This document shows positions 59,273-64,000 of a DNA stretch of 64,000 bases, piece after piece. Every line of letters begins with the position of its first letter. Within the stretch, counting starts at the first letter, position 1. The translations under genes and the position numbers were made by a program. Source of the stretch: Anthoceros angustus (taxonomy: Eukaryota > Plantae > Anthocerotophyta). Under the pieces are notes generated by a model, which saw only the letters and a program-made list of their open reading frames with translations, was not told where the DNA came from and searched no databases. Where the stretch lies: contig MU008159.1 in assembly GCA_010909165.1 (NCBI GenBank), positions 2,527,406 to 2,591,405 on the forward strand, written 5' to 3'.

Positions 59273-61251
59273 ACTGCCTGCTGCCTCTGCGTCTGCCTCG
59301 GCAGCAGCCGTGCCCCCTTCCCTTTTTACTTTCCGTGCACTCATGGGAGTCGTGTGGCGCCTGCACTGCTCCACTTGCTGCGCCTGTCCGCGAACGCTGT
59401 GCATTAATTTAAAGCACACAGTGACACCGCGCGCTGCATTTGCGGCAAGGGCGGCGTCCTCTGATGGCCCGGCCCGGCCCCCAGGTCCCTGCTCGCTCGG
59501 CACTCGCCCAGCGCTCGCCAGCCATACAGATATCGCATCCACCCACAGGCCAGCCTGCTAGCCTGCTCGCCCTCGCCGCAAGTCAACCACTTGGGAAGGT
59601 AATCATCGGCCGACGTGCGCCAATCTTGGCGTCCCTGCCCTGATTTTGTCTACCCCGTCTTCCAGATGGCTCATCGCTGCCGTCTTGTCCTCCAGCACAG
59701 GCGGCTTGTGGGGCCACCGCCGCCTATTATTACCATCCTCATCGCTCTTCCCATTTTTGGGGAGCCACATGCCTCGCAACCATGCAAGCTTCTAAGGCTT
59801 TTACCTGCCCGGCTCGCCTCTTCCACCAGCCTGTCCCCCCTGCTGCACTACATACATACATGTGTAGCACTTGAGGTTGTTGCCACCCAAGCACAGCCAA
59901 TACTTACGTGTTCATCCAACACCAACTCCATGCTATGTATTATTTTTAAAATATATAAATCTTGTAGATATTATTCTATCAAAGATGAAAATCTTGTGAA
60001 AGATTCTGTACCGAGATAATATACCTAAATATATGACTTAGACTATTTTTTAATATATTTAAGAATCTCAATACAATGTATCATTGAATCTAGTCAAATA
60101 TCATATGCTTTCAAACTTTGCATCTCTTCAATTTTGATTCTTGTCCGAAATCAATGTTAGATGCCTTCAAACTTTGCATCTCTTCAAATTCGATACCTTG
60201 TCCCAAATCACACTCAAGTCTCATATGGATTCAAAACACAGCCAAATACATAGTATCACATGTTGAAAGAGACCGGTTGGATAAATTGGAAGAGAATATT
60301 CATTATAAATATTTAATTTTATAATATAGAATAACTTGCTAGTATGAATAAGAACATTTACAGAATACGAAGAACATTAAAAATAGACAATATGCAAAAA
60401 CAAACCATCTCTTGCACTATAAGACAAAAAGTGGTCCCATTAAGTATCATTGTTATCCTTAAGTTTTGAAAGTACATGAGTTTTACAAAAACTTCAAAAA
60501 AAGAAAACTACAGTATGTGAAATGAAAAAGATACACAAATGGCAACACTTATAGAGATCCCAAGAGATCCAACCTATAGTCACAAAGAGAGGAATTCAAA
60601 TGGACTCATGACCATAACACTTGGCCTTTCCATAGGTGCAAAAAAAGGAATTAGAGAAACAATGTGATTCTCAGCATCCTTTCTATGAGATACCCAAATG
60701 AAAAGGACTCAAAAACATAGTTTATTTAGCTCTATTAACTATTACCCATACACACATACATAGTAGAGATATCATAATAAATAACACACACTCATGTTCA
60801 ACTTGAAATATGAATGGTAATGAAATTATTTTGGACTGATTGGATTATTATTAAATAAATTTCAAGTAAAATATTTTTTATATCATCTATGAATATTCTG
60901 TTATATTATAATTTTTCCTCAAATATTTTTCTAGAGATGAGTTGACTTGGTATTATTTTTATTATTTATAAAAGATATCTTTCTTCAGAAAAACCTCAGA
61001 TTTTGAAGTTGTTAGAGTAGGTAAAGAACTCATATACAAATATTTTATTATTTTAATAATAAACTACCTATACTAACTATCGACACTCAGAATGGCAAAT
61101 GGCACCATAGAAGTGATCATTGTCGACATAAAATGGACCACCGCTGGATAGTGGACATGGCATTGATCCGATCGCATGAGGACCACGGTCGTAGTCACGA
61201 CGCTGTCGTGGTTGCCTTGAACCTTGATGAACCTGGTGTTGGGGTTGAAGT

Positions 61252-61447
61252 TGTTAGAAATCTATGATTGGTGCAACACATCACATATTAGAGCTATGAG
61301 TATAAGTCCTAGAAGTATATATAGGATTATCCCATGAGCAAGATAGGGTTTCATACTATCGAGAGTATGACAAGGCCAAAGGCTATATATGTATGCATAG
61401 CACATCATTTTTAATGTACTAAACCCGGGAATAAATGTTTTCTAACA
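61252..61447 (+). repeat. 5' LTR of copia C (196 bp)
   Basis: 9-bp perfect terminal inverted repeats with TG...CA; PBS directly follows. Confidence 0.9.
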
Positions 61448-63285
61448 TGGTAGCAAGAGCATGGTCTGTGAGATGCGTAGTACTCCGCACCACTGTGGGA
61501 CTGTGCCACTTGTCTTCTATTGCATTGTTTGTAGTTATGCGTATCAAATTGAAAAGCTTGTTTCCAATTTCGTGAAGCTTGGTAGTAGTTTTTTGGTGCG
61601 AGGAACTTTTGTCTTGTTTTTATAGCTCAAAGGTGTGCCTATGGAGACTACGATCAAGTAGAAAAGTTTGATGGCGTGAACTTCACATTATGGAAGTTGA
61701 AGCTAAAATCTCTTCTTATTGACAAACGATTGTGGAAGTTTGTGGAAAATGCACTTCCGCATGGCGCTTGAGGATATAAGGATCGGCCTTGGCTAATATT
61801 ATCGAATGTGTCGAGATGACATTCTCTCACAATTGAGCGAGTGTGTCTCTTCGCGATGCATGGAAAATTCTTTCACAAGCGTACGAGAAGAAGAGCATTG
61901 TGAGCTAAATGCCGGAAAGTCAATTCTCCAACTTCAAGATGGTTGAGGCGACCGTTCAACAACATGTCAACAAGTTGAAAAGCTTGGTTGATCAAATGAG
62001 GGGCGCAGATCAAACCTTGGGAGGTAAGGTGATCAACATGCTCTTTGCAGTTGCCACCATCATGTAGGCAATTTTTATTGTCTTATAGGGCATCCGTGGC
62101 GATGCGTGACAATCAACCAACCTTGATGAGGTGGTTAGATTACTCCTACAAGAGGAGCTTGATGGTTCTTTCGAGACACAAGGCAACGAAGGCTTGGCAC
62201 TCTTCTCAAGAAGGCATCACGGTGGAAGACCTGCCAAGTCTCTAGAAGGGACAAAGGATACGAGATGCAAGAGAAGGTGAAAGGCTTTTGTTATTCTTGG
62301 AAGCCCAATCACACGCAAAGGGCGTAAAATAAGATTGGCAGACTTGAAGAAGGAAATCATCCCAAGCTAATCAAGTCGTGAGAAGGACCAAGAACACATC
62401 TTGGCGTGCTTCAGAAAGAGATCAAGCGACTTCATCAAGAAGGATGAGAGTTTGTACCTTGACTCGTGCATCCAGCATTTGATTATAACCTTCCTTGGTT
62501 CTCAAGCTACGAGTATTGCGGAGGGGCATACGGTGGCGCTTGGTGACAATAGGTCACATGACATCAAGGGAAAAGAGTGTATTCGTCCATCTTGAGGGCA
62601 GTCTCTATTAAAGGGCGTGCATCATGCCTCATCTTGCGAGGAATCTTCTTTTTTACATAAAAATTGCGATCTGGTCATGAGGTTGTGTTCAATTCCAAAG
62701 TTTGGATCAATCGGCGACTGAGTTATCGAATGCTAAAGTGATTGCTAGGGCGTCAGAGGAAATTTGTACAAGTTGTGTGCTTACAGGAAGGCAAGCTTGC
62801 ACCTTTATGGACGATTCGCAAAATAGCATTGGATCTATTGATTTATGGCATCAACGTTTGGGGCACATTGGTGTGGACAATATCAGTTGATGAAGAACCA
62901 ACATATGGTTCTGAGGCTTGGATTTGAAAGAAGTGGGTGAGCCCATATGTAGGGTGCATAATGGAAAGCTACACGAACTAAGTTCCCAAGGATTGCTGTG
63001 AGCAAAAGATAGGCGCTAGAGTTGGTACACGGATGTGTGTGGTCAATGAAAATCCCACTCATGGCGGGCCGCTACATTCGGTGTTTGTGGATGATTTCAC
63101 TAGGAAGACTGGACATATCTTATGAAGGAGAAATCCCGGTATTTACACTCTTCAAGGAATGGAAGCCATGGTGGAGAACAAGTGGACAACCGTCGAAGAC
63201 TTTGCGTAGTGACAGCGGAGGTGAATACATCTCCTTGACTTCCAACGCGGTAAGGAGCATGGAATTGGGAGGCACCAACCATCCG
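61252..63285 (+). mobile_element. Ty1/copia element C: 5' LTR, PBS, degenerate gag to integrase; interrupted at ~63286
   Basis: LTR TGTTAGAAA...TTTCTAACA (61252-61447), PBS TGGTAGCAAGAGC, VEKFDGVNFTLWKLKLKSLL, YLDS, DLWHQRLGH, LELVHTDVC, VDDF, KTLRSDSGGEY. Confidence 0.92.
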
Positions 63286-64000
63286 TGGCGCTTACTTTCA
63301 CGGCCCGCCAAGGCCGCATAATCCCGTCGTTGTAGCAAGGGGTCCGCGGGATGATAGGCTCTGTGGAGCATAAAAGTTTGGGCAACCTTGACCAAAAGAG
63401 CCCGAGCGAACAAGTTTGATTTTTTAGGAGCATTGAAGGAGCATGCAGAAAGAATCTTGGAACTTTGGAGTTGTAGGATATTGTTAGGAAGGCGAAAAAG
63501 GATATCCCAGAAGAAGAGCAGTCAAACGACCCCAGCAGGCGGGAGGCGTCAAATTTTTTCAGAGGATCGAGGAGGATAAGGAAAAGGAGGAACATGGATA
63601 GCACTGGATCGACTGAGTATACCCGGACTGGAGTGGGCAACGACCTAACCCACTATGGCGTGCACCGGACTACGCCGGGTAACGGGATAAGTCCGGACCC
63701 CACTCCGGGTCAAACAGATAAGTACGCCAGGAAAGTAACTTAGAAGTTGAGCCGTGAGGATGACCAGGCGGCGCCACGTGACGGCCCCGAGTGGAGGTCG
63801 GCATGCAGCAGCCAGACTGCGGGCCGCAGGCAGTGTATTCACGCCCGATCGCGCGGGCGCGTAAGGCCGAGTACGCGCGCGAAGGCCGCAGGTAAGCGGA
63901 GGCGAAGGTCGGTAAGCCATGCACTCGCGCACGGACAGTGGAAGAGGCGCCCGCCGCCGTTACTCCCAAAGGCGCGTGGGGGAAGGTCATTTCTTACCGA
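63286..64000 (+). mobile_element. Insertion related to the 45760-48050 element, nested in copia C integrase
   Basis: Integrase homology stops after the EHGI-like motif; shared blocks GTCCGGACC.CACTCCGG, TACGCCA..AAGTAACTTAG, GTAAGCCATGC and CCGCCGTTACT with 45968-46277. Confidence 0.6.

Larger units (their letters stand above)
48130..59790. repeat. ~7.4 kb tandem segmental duplication (48130-52760 ~ 55570-59790, ILK body between)
   Basis: Colinear homology across the OEP7-like gene, intergenic cassette, MOT1, MOT1 promoter and ILK 5' start. Confidence 0.93.

Overview
Eukaryotic nuclear DNA from a land plant, probably a non-seed plant (weak inference from GC-rich intronless genes and a PLS-type PPR remnant). 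Bases 1 to ~48,000 are nested, degenerate transposable elements. They include four Ty1/copia elements or fragments (one complete with both LTRs at 29970-36853), a CACTA TNP2 transposase, a CACTA end with subterminal repeats and a TnpA-like gene, CCCTA-ended CMC-type termini, a MULE/SWIM transposase and gypsy-like accessory-ORF fragments. Bases ~48,100-59,800 are a gene island formed by a ~7.4 kb tandem duplication of [OEP7-like gene, repeat/tRNA-Lys relic/repeat cassette, molybdate transporter MOT1, ankyrin-kinase ILK]. A further copia element and a nested insertion end the window. Many frameshifts look like long-read consensus errors (homopolymer and CWG-site indels), so pseudogene calls are provisional. 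No CRISPR array or prokaryotic-type system is present. The most interesting unexplained signals are the repeat-tRNA-repeat cassette, a possibly shared ORF upstream of gag in two copia families, a cluster of microhomology-bounded tandem duplications, and an unidentified cargo ORF next to the CACTA transposase. All motif matches were made by eye, with no database searches.
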